Shown here: piece by piece, positions 8,727 to 16,373 of the stretch
How the letters are laid out: each line of letters starts with the position of its first letter
How positions within the stretch are numbered: the first letter of the stretch is position 1
Assembly: GCF_000023965.1 (NCBI RefSeq)
Contig: NC_013202.1
Coordinates: 2,280,001 to 2,312,000 of the forward strand
Reading direction: 5' to 3'
Origin: Halomicrobium mukohataei DSM 12286
Lineage (GTDB): Archaea > Halobacteriota > Halobacteria > Halobacteriales > Haloarculaceae
DNA: 32,000 nucleotides
Notes under the pieces: generated by a model
What the model saw: the letters and a program-made list of their open reading frames with translations, nothing else
The model's database searches: none
What the model was told of the DNA's origin: nothing
Translations under genes and position numbers: made by a program

Positions 8727-8981
8727 GGACGTGTTGCCCACCGGCGCGAGTGCAACGGGTGCACGGCGAACGTCCTCCGGGCGGCCCGCGACGCTGGTGT
8801 CGAACTGATCGTCTACGCCGCCTCGAACCACGCACAGGAGATGTACGAACTCGACAACGCGCCTGCGATCTACGACTGCGACTTGGTGGCCGATCACACT
8901 GAACCCGTTCGGCCCGAACTGTACGACGACGGGCGTGTTCTGGAGCGGTCACGAGTTCGACCACTGGCGACGAGAGTATGA
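8727..8981 (+). pseudogene. Decayed fragment of an SDR / NAD-dependent epimerase-dehydratase gene
   Basis: A frame open from 8661 to the TGA at 8979-8981 reads ...[39 protein letters not shown]...[13 protein letters not shown]. This matches the N-x-x-G-T-x-N-V-L-x-A-A...G-V...V-x-x-S-S-N-H...P-x-R-P core of epimerases. It has no start codon, no N-terminal Rossmann GxxGxxG and no intact YxxxK, and the frame appears to break after PVRPELY. Confidence 0.45.
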
Positions 8982-9102
8982 GAACCGTCGTAGCTCACTC
9001 CAGCAGTGTGGAAGCCGCTACGCTCGTGAGAACATACCGGAAGTCGGTCGGGAAGAGACAGGCCGGTTCAAGATGATGCTTCATACGGACGGTTGTAGTT
9101 GC

Positions 9103-9492
9103 TTACGCGTAGCGGTCCGCGAACGCCCACTCGCGACGCAGGAGTGCTTCGACGCCGTGGTCCAGCATCGCCTCACCGAGCGAGCTTACGCGGTAGTAGG
9201 AGTAGAGACCGTCACGGTCGGGTGCGGATCGCTTTCGGTTCCAGACGAGCCCCACGTCGACGAGGGTGTCGAGATGGTAGTGGAGCGTGTTCGTCTCGAT
9301 GTCGAGGACCTCAGCGAGCTGGCTCGCGCTCAGGTCGCCGTTGCGCGCCAGCGTCCGGAGGACCTGAAACCGAGTCTCGTTACCGATGGCACGCTGCATC
9401 GCCAGGTACTCCGACAGGTCGAGCACGCTGTCGTCGGGGAGCAACGGCTCCGGAGGCTCGGCCCCGCCAGTGTCGTTAGTCGCGTCCGCCAT
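9103..9492 (-). CDS. ArsR-family winged-helix transcriptional regulator
   Basis: The start is at [10 protein letters not shown] (ATG at 9492). [49 protein letters not shown] is a classical ArsR-type HTH. Confidence 0.8.
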   Translation of the reverse strand: MADATNDTGGAEPPEPLLPDDSVLDLSEYLAMQRAIGNETRFQVLRTLARNGDLSASQLAEVLDIETNTLHYHLDTLVDVGLVWNRKRSAPDRDGLYSYYRVSSLGEAMLDHGVEALLRREWAFADRYA

Positions 9493-9555
9493 ACCCGTTT
9501 GTACGGCACGACAGCACATAGTCGTTACTGAGTCAGTATTTACTGAAAACAGCCG

Positions 9556-9564
9556 TTTTTATAT
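9556..9564 (+). promoter_or_regulatory. TATA-like box in the AT-rich divergent intergenic region
   Basis: tttttatat is centred about 27 nt upstream of the ATG at 9587. A second TATA-like element, tatttac (9537-9543), lies about 23 nt upstream of the alternative ATG at 9563. Confidence 0.4.
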
Positions 9565-9586
9565 GTGTTGGCGGACACACAGAGCT

Positions 9587-10171
9587 ATGCGCAATCGGCT
9601 GCTGGACACCCTCTCGCCCGTTCGATACCGACGCTTTCTGGTGTACGTGATGGGGCCGTACAAAGCGTTCGGAGTCGACGACGTCGTCGACGACGCGGGC
9701 CCCTTTCTGGAGTGGGACGAGGACGTAGGCGGCGAGTACGACGAGGAGGACGTGCAAGCGCTGCTCGAACGGACACGTGACAGGCTCCGGGAAGCGGTTG
9801 GCGTCAACGCTTTCCTCGCTATCGACGCGGAGATACCACTCGACGAGATGGACGCGGCGACACAGACGATCGAGTTCGCACGAGCAAGCAACGCAGTCGT
9901 CTTCGTCGCACCACTGGTCGGAAAGAACCTCGGCGTCGGGATCGAGGTGGGATCAGTGATGGAGGCTCTCGACGAGCAACAGCGTGAGCGGGTGGTATTT
10001 GTTCACGAAACAGGTGTTCGCAGTGCGATGATCGATGGTCTAGCACGCCGATGGGACGCGACGATCCTCACCTACGAGACCGAAGACGAACTGTTCGATC
10101 GGCTCCGGTACTTCGTCGCACAGGTGATGAACGCAGAGTACACTGGCGACCTCCCAGATCTGGACGAATAA
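9587..10171 (+). CDS. Hypothetical protein with a nucleoside 2-deoxyribosyltransferase-like (flavodoxin-like) sequence pattern
   Basis: The start is at MRNRLLD (ATG 9587; alternative ATG at 9563). An N-terminal strand FLVYVMGPY and a later SNAVVFVAPLVGKNLGVGIEVGSVMEAL resemble the xYxAGPxF ... D-x-V-V-A-x-L-x-G...G-T-x-x-E-x-G-x-A layout of NDT-fold enzymes. Many A/T-ending codons (gca, aca, cca, gta, ttt, cta, tca, TAA stop) contrast with neighbouring genes. Confidence 0.65.
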   Translation: MRNRLLDTLSPVRYRRFLVYVMGPYKAFGVDDVVDDAGPFLEWDEDVGGEYDEEDVQALLERTRDRLREAVGVNAFLAIDAEIPLDEMDAATQTIEFARASNAVVFVAPLVGKNLGVGIEVGSVMEALDEQQRERVVFVHETGVRSAMIDGLARRWDATILTYETEDELFDRLRYFVAQVMNAEYTGDLPDLDE

Positions 10172-10211
10172 ATCTGATCGGTCCAGTCATACGCAACTAC
10201 ACCCGTCCGTA

Positions 10212-10985
10212 TCAGGGAATCCGGACGCTGTGTTTGAGCGTCCCGACGCCTTCGATCTCGATCTCGACGCTGTCGCCGTCGGCCAGCGGACCGACACCCT
10301 CCGGTGTCCCGGTCGCGATCACGTCGCCGGGTTCCAGCGTCATGTAGGCCGTGATCTCCTCGATGAGCTCCGGAATGGAGAAGATGAGGTGTTCGATCGA
10401 AGAGGACTGCTTGGTCTCGCCGTTGACGCGCGTCTCGATCGTCGCGTCGTCGGGGACGTGTTCCGGCGTCGCGACGAGGGGGCCGATCGGACACGCGTTG
10501 TCGAAGGCCTTCCCGCGAACCCAGTTTTGCTCTCTGTTCTGGTCGTCGCGGTTCGAGAGGTCGTTGACGCAGGTGTAGCCCGCGATCACGTCCTCTGCGT
10601 TGCGCTGGCTGACGTTCTTGCACTGCTCGCCGATGACCACGCCCAGCTCCGCCTCGTAGTCGATCCGGTCTTTGTTCGCCAGCAGCGTCACCGTCTTGTC
10701 GTGGCTCGCGACGGTGTTGGGCGGTTTCAGAAAGAGGAGCGGCCGATCCGGCACGTCGTTGTCCATCTCGTCGGCGTGCTCCGCGTAGTTGCGACCCACA
10801 CAGACGATCTTCGTGGGCTCGCAGGGCGGGAGTACGTCGACTTCCTCCGGGGCGTAGGACTCGTCGCCGAAGGCGATGCGGCCGTACGGGCCAGCCGCCG
10901 CCGTGACGACCGGCTCACCGTCTTCGACGGTCCACCGTCCACCACGGACGTTCCCCGCAGAGTCGCGAAATCGAACACGCTTCAT
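10212..10985 (-). CDS. Fumarylacetoacetate hydrolase (FAH) family protein
   Basis: KIVCVGRNYAEHADEM, FLKPPNT, DYEAELGVVIG, NDLSNRD, KAFDNACPIGP and GDVIATGTPEGVGPL are characteristic FAH-family motifs. Confidence 0.9.
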   Translation of the reverse strand: MKRVRFRDSAGNVRGGRWTVEDGEPVVTAAAGPYGRIAFGDESYAPEEVDVLPPCEPTKIVCVGRNYAEHADEMDNDVPDRPLLFLKPPNTVASHDKTVTLLANKDRIDYEAELGVVIGEQCKNVSQRNAEDVIAGYTCVNDLSNRDDQNREQNWVRGKAFDNACPIGPLVATPEHVPDDATIETRVNGETKQSSSIEHLIFSIPELIEEITAYMTLEPGDVIATGTPEGVGPLADGDSVEIEIEGVGTLKHSVRIP

Positions 10986-11074
10986 ACGGCCGGCAACACG
11001 GCCGGTACTGATAAGCGTTTACACGGGCATTCGAGGGCCGTTGTGCGGTACGACGGCCGCCTAGGGCATCTTCG

Positions 11075-12163
11075 TCAGTCGTCTTCGGCGGCCCCCGAAC
11101 TGTCCTCCACGTCGATGGGATCTTCGATGTCTCCCGTGATCGACTCCAGCAGGTCGGTGACGGTCACCATGCCGACGACCTCGCCGTTTTCGATGACCAG
11201 CGCGAGTTCCTGATTCTCGGCCTGGAACTGGTCGATCGCGTCGCTGACGTCCACGTCCGGTGAGAGAGTCACCGGCGGGGCTGCGAGCGCTTCGAAGTCG
11301 ACGATACCCTCGGCCAGATCGTCACGGTGGCGTGCGAAGACCGGGAAGTAGAGGATGCCACGGAAGTCGGTCAGCTCCCCGCCGACCAGCGGGTATCGCG
11401 TGTGGGGCTGGTCGGCCATCCGCCGGAAGTTCTCCGCCGGGTCGACCGCCGTCGACAGCGCGACGATCTCGTCGGTCGAGACCATCACGTCGCGAACGGG
11501 CTGTTCGCCGATCTGGAGGGCGTTCATCACCTCGGTGCGACGCTCCTCGCTGAGATCCCCCTCCTCCAGGACCGACCCGAGTTCGTTTCGGAGATCCGCC
11601 CGCGACTCGATGACGTCTTGCTCGGTTTCGAGCCACGCGCCCGTCATCTCGATACCGAACAGCTTCAGCGTCCACTTGGCGACCCCGTCGCCGACCGAGA
11701 TCAGCGGCGAGATCAGGTGATTGAACCAGTACAGCGGCGTCGCACCGTAGCGACACACCATCCGCGACCGCTCGACCCCGAGATACGTCGGCGTCTGCTC
11801 GCCGTGGGTCAGGTGGACGAGGTTGATGATCAGGAACGCGAGGATGGCACCCGATCCGACCGTCGCGAGCACGGTGTTCTCGAACAGCGGTTCGAACAGC
11901 GCTGCCAGTGCCGGCTCGGCGACGATCCCGACGGCGATGCTCGACGCCGTGATCCCGACCTGACAGGTGGTGAGATAGATTTCGAGGTTCTGGGTCATCT
12001 CCCACGCCCGTTCGAGCGCGGCGTCGCCGTCGCCGACGAACTCGGACTCGGTGAACTGACGGGCCCGCGTCAGCGCGAACTCGATCGCGACGAAGAACCC
12101 GTTCGCGAGTATCAGTGCGACACCAGCGACCAGTCTGACGCCGATCTCCGGAGGGTTCATCAC
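11075..12163 (-). CDS. CNNM/DUF21 transmembrane domain plus CBS-pair protein (CorC/HlyC-type)
   Basis: The N-terminal LILANGFFVAIEFALTRAR and further TM helices are typical of DUF21. The C-terminal half has the spacing of two CBS repeats (VRDVMVSTDEIVAL..., ALVIENGEVVGMVTVTDLLE). Confidence 0.85.
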   Translation of the reverse strand: MMNPPEIGVRLVAGVALILANGFFVAIEFALTRARQFTESEFVGDGDAALERAWEMTQNLEIYLTTCQVGITASSIAVGIVAEPALAALFEPLFENTVLATVGSGAILAFLIINLVHLTHGEQTPTYLGVERSRMVCRYGATPLYWFNHLISPLISVGDGVAKWTLKLFGIEMTGAWLETEQDVIESRADLRNELGSVLEEGDLSEERRTEVMNALQIGEQPVRDVMVSTDEIVALSTAVDPAENFRRMADQPHTRYPLVGGELTDFRGILYFPVFARHRDDLAEGIVDFEALAAPPVTLSPDVDVSDAIDQFQAENQELALVIENGEVVGMVTVTDLLESITGDIEDPIDVEDSSGAAEDD

Positions 12164-12222
12164 TGGACTCCTTCTGATCGACGCCTGTTATACCTCGCGG
12201 CTCGGCGACCACCGCAAAGTGT

Positions 12223-13341
12223 TTGTCGTGGGACTCCCCAGCTTTTATCGTGCAATTGTTGCGTCGGCTACGGGACTGGCTTGCCGGACGGCTTCCGGCC
12301 GGGCCCGTACTCGTCGCAATTGGGCTGGTGTGGTTCGCGGGCGCACTCTGGAACTTTCGGCGCGAGATATCCACCCTCGCCGGTGCCGCGTTACCGGTCG
12401 CGACGTTCGTGTTGACCGGCGGCCTCTCGGCCGGCGTCGTCTTCGTCGGCTACCGACTCACCCAGAGCCCGTTCGCTCCCGACGAGCGGTGGTCGATCGT
12501 CGGCTGGACGGCCGGCGGACTGCTCGTTACGGTGTCGCTGCACGCCGCGACTCTGAGTATTCGCGCCGCGGAGGGACGCCCGATCGGCGAGCCGCAGTTT
12601 CCGCTCCTCGTCGCCGGTGGCGTGGGCGCGCTCGCGGGGTACGGCATCGGAGAGTTGCTGGTCGACGTGCGCCGGACGGCCGCCCAGGCGCAACAGGCCC
12701 GTGACGGGATGGCGTTCGCGAACAGCCTCCTGCGTCACGACGTTCGCAACGCCCTGCAGGTCATCCTCGGACAGGTCGACGTGCTGACGACGATCGACGA
12801 CGAGCGCGTCGGCGAGGCCACCAAACGCATCGAGAGCCAGGCCGAAGGGCTGTACGACCTCACGTCGAATGCCGAGGCCGTCACCGCCGTGCTGACGGGC
12901 GAGGCGACGCCGGAGCCCAGAAACGTCGTCGAGGACATCGAGACGACCGTCGCCACCGTCACCGAGTCCTTTCCCGACGCCACCGTCGAGACGGCGCTCC
13001 ACGACCAGCTGGTCGTTCGCGGGACCGACGCACTCAGGCCCGTGTTCGCGAACATCCTCGACAACGCGGTCCAACACACGGGCTCGAATCCGACCGTTCG
13101 GGTGACGACGGAGACCGCAGACGGCGTCGCGCGCATCCGCTTTGCCGACGACGGACATGGGATTCCCGAAGGCGAACGCGAACGGATCTTCGAACGCGGC
13201 GTCACGACCGACGGCGGGAGCAACGGGCTCGGACTCCACATCGTCTCGACGCTGGTCGAACGCTCTGACGGCTCGATCTACGTCGAAGACAGCGAGCTCG
13301 GCGGGGCGGCGTTCGTCGTCGAGTTACCGATCGCGGAGTGA
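12223..13341 (+). CDS. Membrane-anchored sensor histidine kinase
   Basis: There are four N-terminal hydrophobic segments. H-box: FANSLLRHDVRNAL. N-box: NILDNAVQH. G1: FADDGHGIP. G2: GSNGLGLHIV. Confidence 0.85.
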   Translation: MSWDSPAFIVQLLRRLRDWLAGRLPAGPVLVAIGLVWFAGALWNFRREISTLAGAALPVATFVLTGGLSAGVVFVGYRLTQSPFAPDERWSIVGWTAGGLLVTVSLHAATLSIRAAEGRPIGEPQFPLLVAGGVGALAGYGIGELLVDVRRTAAQAQQARDGMAFANSLLRHDVRNALQVILGQVDVLTTIDDERVGEATKRIESQAEGLYDLTSNAEAVTAVLTGEATPEPRNVVEDIETTVATVTESFPDATVETALHDQLVVRGTDALRPVFANILDNAVQHTGSNPTVRVTTETADGVARIRFADDGHGIPEGERERIFERGVTTDGGSNGLGLHIVSTLVERSDGSIYVEDSELGGAAFVVELPIAE

Positions 13342-13457
13342 TTCCGCTGGACGGGACCGCCCGCCCGAGACGGCAAACTCGCGAGCGGCGGGTGTGTCAC
13401 GGCCGGCGACCAGCATCGGAGGGAAGCGTTTTGCCCGTCCAGAAACTGCAGGCGGAC

Positions 13458-13892
13458 ATGAGCGACCCCACTCTGACCGTCCTCCCGGGCGACGCCGACC
13501 TCGAACCCGCCTTCGACGTTCGCCGCGACGTGTTCGTCGACGAGCAGGGCGTCGACGAGGCGATCGAGATCGACGGCAAAGATCCCGACGCGACCCACGT
13601 CCTCGCCGAGGTCGACGGCGTTCCGGTCGCTACCGCACGGCTGCGAGTGATCGACGACGGCGTCGGCAAGGTCGAGCGCGTCGCGGTCCGCGCCTCTCAC
13701 CGGGAGTCCGGCGTCGGTCGCCGGGTCATGCATCGGATCGACCAACTCGCGATCGAGAACGGTCTCGACCGCCTGGAACTACACTCCCAGACCCGTGTCG
13801 AAGGGTTCTACCAGCGACTGGGCTACGAGACGGTCAGCGGCGAGTTCGACGAAGCGGGCATTCCCCACGTCGAGATGCGAAAGGAACTGTGA
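13458..13892 (+). CDS. GNAT-family N-acetyltransferase
   Basis: The start is at MSDPTLTV (ATG 13458). VAVRASHRESGVGRRVM is acetyl-CoA-binding motif A (R-x-x-G-x-G). The C-terminal FYQRLGYE is typical of the family. Confidence 0.85.
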   Translation: MSDPTLTVLPGDADLEPAFDVRRDVFVDEQGVDEAIEIDGKDPDATHVLAEVDGVPVATARLRVIDDGVGKVERVAVRASHRESGVGRRVMHRIDQLAIENGLDRLELHSQTRVEGFYQRLGYETVSGEFDEAGIPHVEMRKEL

Positions 13893-13933
13893 ACGTGACC
13901 GTTCCCGCGGTCCGTCCGTGATCGGTCGCCGTC

Positions 13934-13987
13934 GCTCTCGGATTCTCACGTTCGCAGCAAAACGGGCCGGAAGGGATTTGAACCTCG
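13934..13987 (-). repeat. Copy A of the tRNA-Lys 3-prime end plus downstream flank (att-like direct repeat)
   Basis: gctctcggattctcacgttcgcagcaaaacgggccggaagggatttgaacc is identical to 14149-14199 at the real tRNA. After that point one C of the T-stem is missing (gaacctcg versus gaaccctcg). Weaker similarity continues into the variable loop and anticodon stem (cgtctgggcgagg versus cgtcggtcgaggg on the tRNA strand). Confidence 0.85.
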
Positions 13988-14067
13988 CCCAGACGTGCTC
14001 ACTCGCTTCGTTCGCTGTGCGCGACTGGTCTGATTCAAATCTCTCGTGTCGTTTTCACTGCTCACTG

Positions 14068-14107
14068 TCGTTCGCAGCAAAACGGGCCGGAAGGGATTTG
14101 AACCTCG
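14068..14107 (-). repeat. Copy B of the tRNA-Lys 3-prime end plus short flank (att-like direct repeat)
   Basis: tcgttcgcagcaaaacgggccggaagggatttgaacctcg has the same core as copy A, including the one-C deletion. It shares only about 14 nt of the downstream flank. Confidence 0.85.
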
Positions 14108-14177
14108 GTCAGAGCAAAGCTCTTCCCTGCTTCAAATCCTTCCGCGAAGCTCTCGGATTCTCACGTTCGCAGCAAAA

Positions 14178-14251
14178 CGGGCCGGAAGGGATTTGAACCC
14201 TCGACCGACGGCTTAAGAGGCCGTCGCTCTGCCAGACTGAGCTACCGGCCC
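14178..14251 (-). tRNA. tRNA-Lys (anticodon CUU)
   Basis: The reverse complement is GGGCCGGTAGCTCAGTCTGGCAGAGCGACGGCCTCTTAAGCCGTCGGTCGAGGGTTCAAATCCCTTCCGGCCCG. It has a perfect 7-bp acceptor stem, D stem GCTC/GAGC, anticodon stem ACGGC/GCCGT with loop CTCTTAA, a T-arm with TTCAAAT, no encoded CCA, and a TTTT run after it. Confidence 0.92.
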
Positions 14252-14381
14252 AGTGCATTCGAAGGTTGTCGGGGCAAGTAAAATAGGTTTCCTTTCGACG
14301 CCGCCGTGCAGGGGTTCCACATCCCGCCGCCACCGGAGACAGTTGATATAAGAGGCTTCGATCCGACTCGTATACACACAA

Positions 14382-15833
14382 ATGAGTACAGCCAGCGGGA
14401 TCACCATGGCCTCTATGTCGAAGTACGCTATTCTCGGGTGTGGGAGCGTGGGCCATGCCGTTGCGGAGGAACTGGTCGACGAGGGTAAGGACGTGCTGAT
14501 CCTTGACCGCGACGAGGGACGGGTCGAGGCACTGCGCGATCAGGACCTCAACGCCCAGGTGGGCGACATCGCGGACGACGAGATGAGCGAGACGCTGAGC
14601 GACAGAGACGTCGTGTTGATTCTCTCGTCCGACGTCGAAGCCAACGCCGCAGCGGTCCGCAATATCCGGGCCGACGGCGGCGAGCAGTTCATCGTCGCCC
14701 GGGCCGACGACCCGGTCTCGGCCGACGACCTCAGCGAGGTCGGGGCGGACGTGGTGATCAACCCGTCGACCGTGATCGCCGACTCGGCGATGCGGGCGCT
14801 CGAAACGGGCGAGCTGGAGTACAAGGCGAGCCAGCTCGCCGAGGTCATCGAGGACACCGACCAGCGGATGGCGATCCTCATCCACCGCTCGCCGGATCCC
14901 GATTCGATCGCCAGCGCGGCGGCGCTGCGGACGATCGCCCAGAGTCTCGACGTGGAGGCGGACATCATCTACGAGGGCGAGATCGGCCACCAGGAGAACC
15001 GGGCGTTCGTCAATCTGCTCGGGATCGACCTGGTCTCGCGCGACGAAATCGACCTCGACGACTACGACACGTTCGCGCTCGTCGACACCGCGAAAGGCGG
15101 CGATCCGACGGTCGAACGGGTCGATCTCATCATCGATCACTACGAGCACGACCACGCGCACGACGCGACCTTCGAGGACATTCGACCCAACGTCTCCGCG
15201 ACCTCGACGATCCTGACGAAGTACATCCAGGAACTGGAGCTGAGCCTCCAGCAGGAGGTCGCGACGGCGTTGCTCTACGGGATTCGGGCGGAGACGCTCG
15301 ACTTCAAGCGCGACACGACGCCGGCCGATCTCACGGCGGCGGCGTACCTCTATCCGTTCGCCGACCACGACACGCTCGAACAGGTCGAGTCGCCGTCGAT
15401 GTCTCCGGAGACGCTGGACGTGCTCGCGGAGGCGATCCGCAACCGCGAGGTCAAGGGGTCGCACCTGGTCTCGAACGCGGGGTTCATCCGCGACCGCGAC
15501 GCCCTGTCACAGGCCGCCCAGCACCTCCTGAACCTCGAAGGGATCACGACGACGGCGGTGTTCGCGATCGCCGACGACACGATCTACCTGGCCGCACGTT
15601 CGAAGGACATCCGGATGAACATCGGCAAGGTGCTCGACGACGCGTTCGGCGAGATCGGCGACACCGCGGGTCACTCGACGGACGCCAGCGTCGAGATCCC
15701 GCTTGGCATCTTCACCGGCATCGAGACGAGCGAGGACAACCGCGACACGCTGCTGGCACTCACCGAAGAAGCGGTCCGGAGCAAACTGTTCGAAGGGATG
15801 GGCGTCGACAGCGAGAGTTCGAACGGGAACTGA
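14382..15833 (+). CDS. TrkA-N (RCK N-terminal, NAD-binding) domain fused to a DHH/DHHA1 phosphoesterase domain
   Basis: YAILGCGSVGHAVAEELVDEGKDVLILDRD is a Rossmann GxGxxG...D. DHH motif I is IHRSPDPDSIAS and motif II is FALVDTA. Motif III reads IIDHYEHD and motif IV reads GIRAETLDF. The DHHA1-like segment is GDTAGHSTDAS. The start may be the Met at 14382, 14406 or 14415. Confidence 0.85.
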   Translation: MSTASGITMASMSKYAILGCGSVGHAVAEELVDEGKDVLILDRDEGRVEALRDQDLNAQVGDIADDEMSETLSDRDVVLILSSDVEANAAAVRNIRADGGEQFIVARADDPVSADDLSEVGADVVINPSTVIADSAMRALETGELEYKASQLAEVIEDTDQRMAILIHRSPDPDSIASAAALRTIAQSLDVEADIIYEGEIGHQENRAFVNLLGIDLVSRDEIDLDDYDTFALVDTAKGGDPTVERVDLIIDHYEHDHAHDATFEDIRPNVSATSTILTKYIQELELSLQQEVATALLYGIRAETLDFKRDTTPADLTAAAYLYPFADHDTLEQVESPSMSPETLDVLAEAIRNREVKGSHLVSNAGFIRDRDALSQAAQHLLNLEGITTTAVFAIADDTIYLAARSKDIRMNIGKVLDDAFGEIGDTAGHSTDASVEIPLGIFTGIETSEDNRDTLLALTEEAVRSKLFEGMGVDSESSNGN

Positions 15834-15864
15834 CGGTCGTCTGGTGGCGGTCGCCGCGTCGGCG

Positions 15865-16179
15865 CTAGGCGGTGACCTCGTCTTCTTCCTCTTCGTCGGC
15901 GGGTTCGTTGCTCGCCTGGAGTCGCTCGACGATGTCGTTGACCACGACGACGTCGCCGACGGCCTGGACCCAGCGATAGGGGACGATGACGCCGCGCGCC
16001 TGGTTCGCCTTCGCCGAGAACAGTTCGCGGTTCAGTTCGTGCAGCGCGAGTCCGGTCACGCTCTGGCGGTCGAGGTCGAGTCGGATGTCCTCGACTTCAC
16101 CGACGAAGACGCCGGTGTTCGTGTACACCTCGCGACCCACGAGCGTCGTGATTTCCTGGGGAACACTATCCCGATCCAT
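15865..16179 (-). CDS. PRC-barrel domain protein
   Basis: The start is at MDRDSVPQEITTLVGREVYTNTGVFVGEVEDIRLD (ATG at 16179), a pattern typical of small archaeal PRC-barrel proteins. The tail is acidic. A TATA-like element (aattaag on the minus strand) lies about 28 nt upstream. Confidence 0.75.
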   Translation of the reverse strand: MDRDSVPQEITTLVGREVYTNTGVFVGEVEDIRLDLDRQSVTGLALHELNRELFSAKANQARGVIVPYRWVQAVGDVVVVNDIVERLQASNEPADEEEEDEVTA

Positions 16180-16373
16180 ATGGCTCCGGATGGTGGCCGG
16201 CACCTTAATTGTTGGTAGCTGTCTGACGCGGCGGCCACACGACCGACCGTCGTCGGCCACTCGACCGGCCCCATCGCGGCCGAACGCCTCATACCGCCGG
16301 CTGTCACTGTTTCAAGACAATTCGGATCACGGGGTCGCGAAATTCGTCACAGACGTACAGCCGGCAGTATCAC

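Noticed and set aside
8675-9531. ORFs 8675..8902 (+) and 8935..9531 (+) in the gap before the ArsR-like gene
   Set aside because: Their products are basic and Cys/Arg-rich. The second ORF is antisense to the well-supported ArsR-like CDS. The only protein-like signal in the gap lies in a third frame that has no start codon, and that frame is reported as a pseudogene.
11322-12415. 350-aa and 362-aa ORFs overlapping the CNNM/CBS gene
   Set aside because: Basic, Arg/Pro-rich products with no motifs. The CNNM frame has clear TM and CBS architecture.
13960-14150. Possibility that repeat units A and B are additional, intron-containing or split, tRNA genes
   Set aside because: Neither unit has a 5-prime acceptor strand complementary to CCGGCCC. 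The one-C deletion breaks T-stem pairing (cgagg versus ccctt). No cloverleaf can be drawn.
13795-14196. 133-aa ORF covering the tRNA-proximal repeats (repeated peptide FAAKRAGRDLNL)
   Set aside because: The internal peptide repeat is simply the translated tRNA-derived DNA repeat. The ORF runs into the tRNA gene, and its composition is not haloarchaeal-protein-like.
13934-14203. Possible CRISPR array, suggested by three direct repeats of 40-54 bp
   Set aside because: There are only three copies with irregular spacing (120 and 95 bp). The repeat is the 3-prime end of the adjacent tRNA plus its flank, and no cas genes are present. It is better explained as att-type duplications.
14109-15464. 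451-aa minus-strand ORF antisense to the TrkA-N/DHH gene, running across the tRNA
   Set aside because: It overlaps a tRNA gene and a motif-rich plus-strand CDS. The translation is Arg/Val/Asp low-complexity.
16297-16364. 8-bp inverted repeat ccggctgt ... acagccgg with a 52-nt spacer, in the 194-bp intergenic region downstream of the KaiC-like gene
   Set aside because: The stem is short relative to the loop and could arise by chance in GC-rich DNA. There is no T-tract or further supporting structure.
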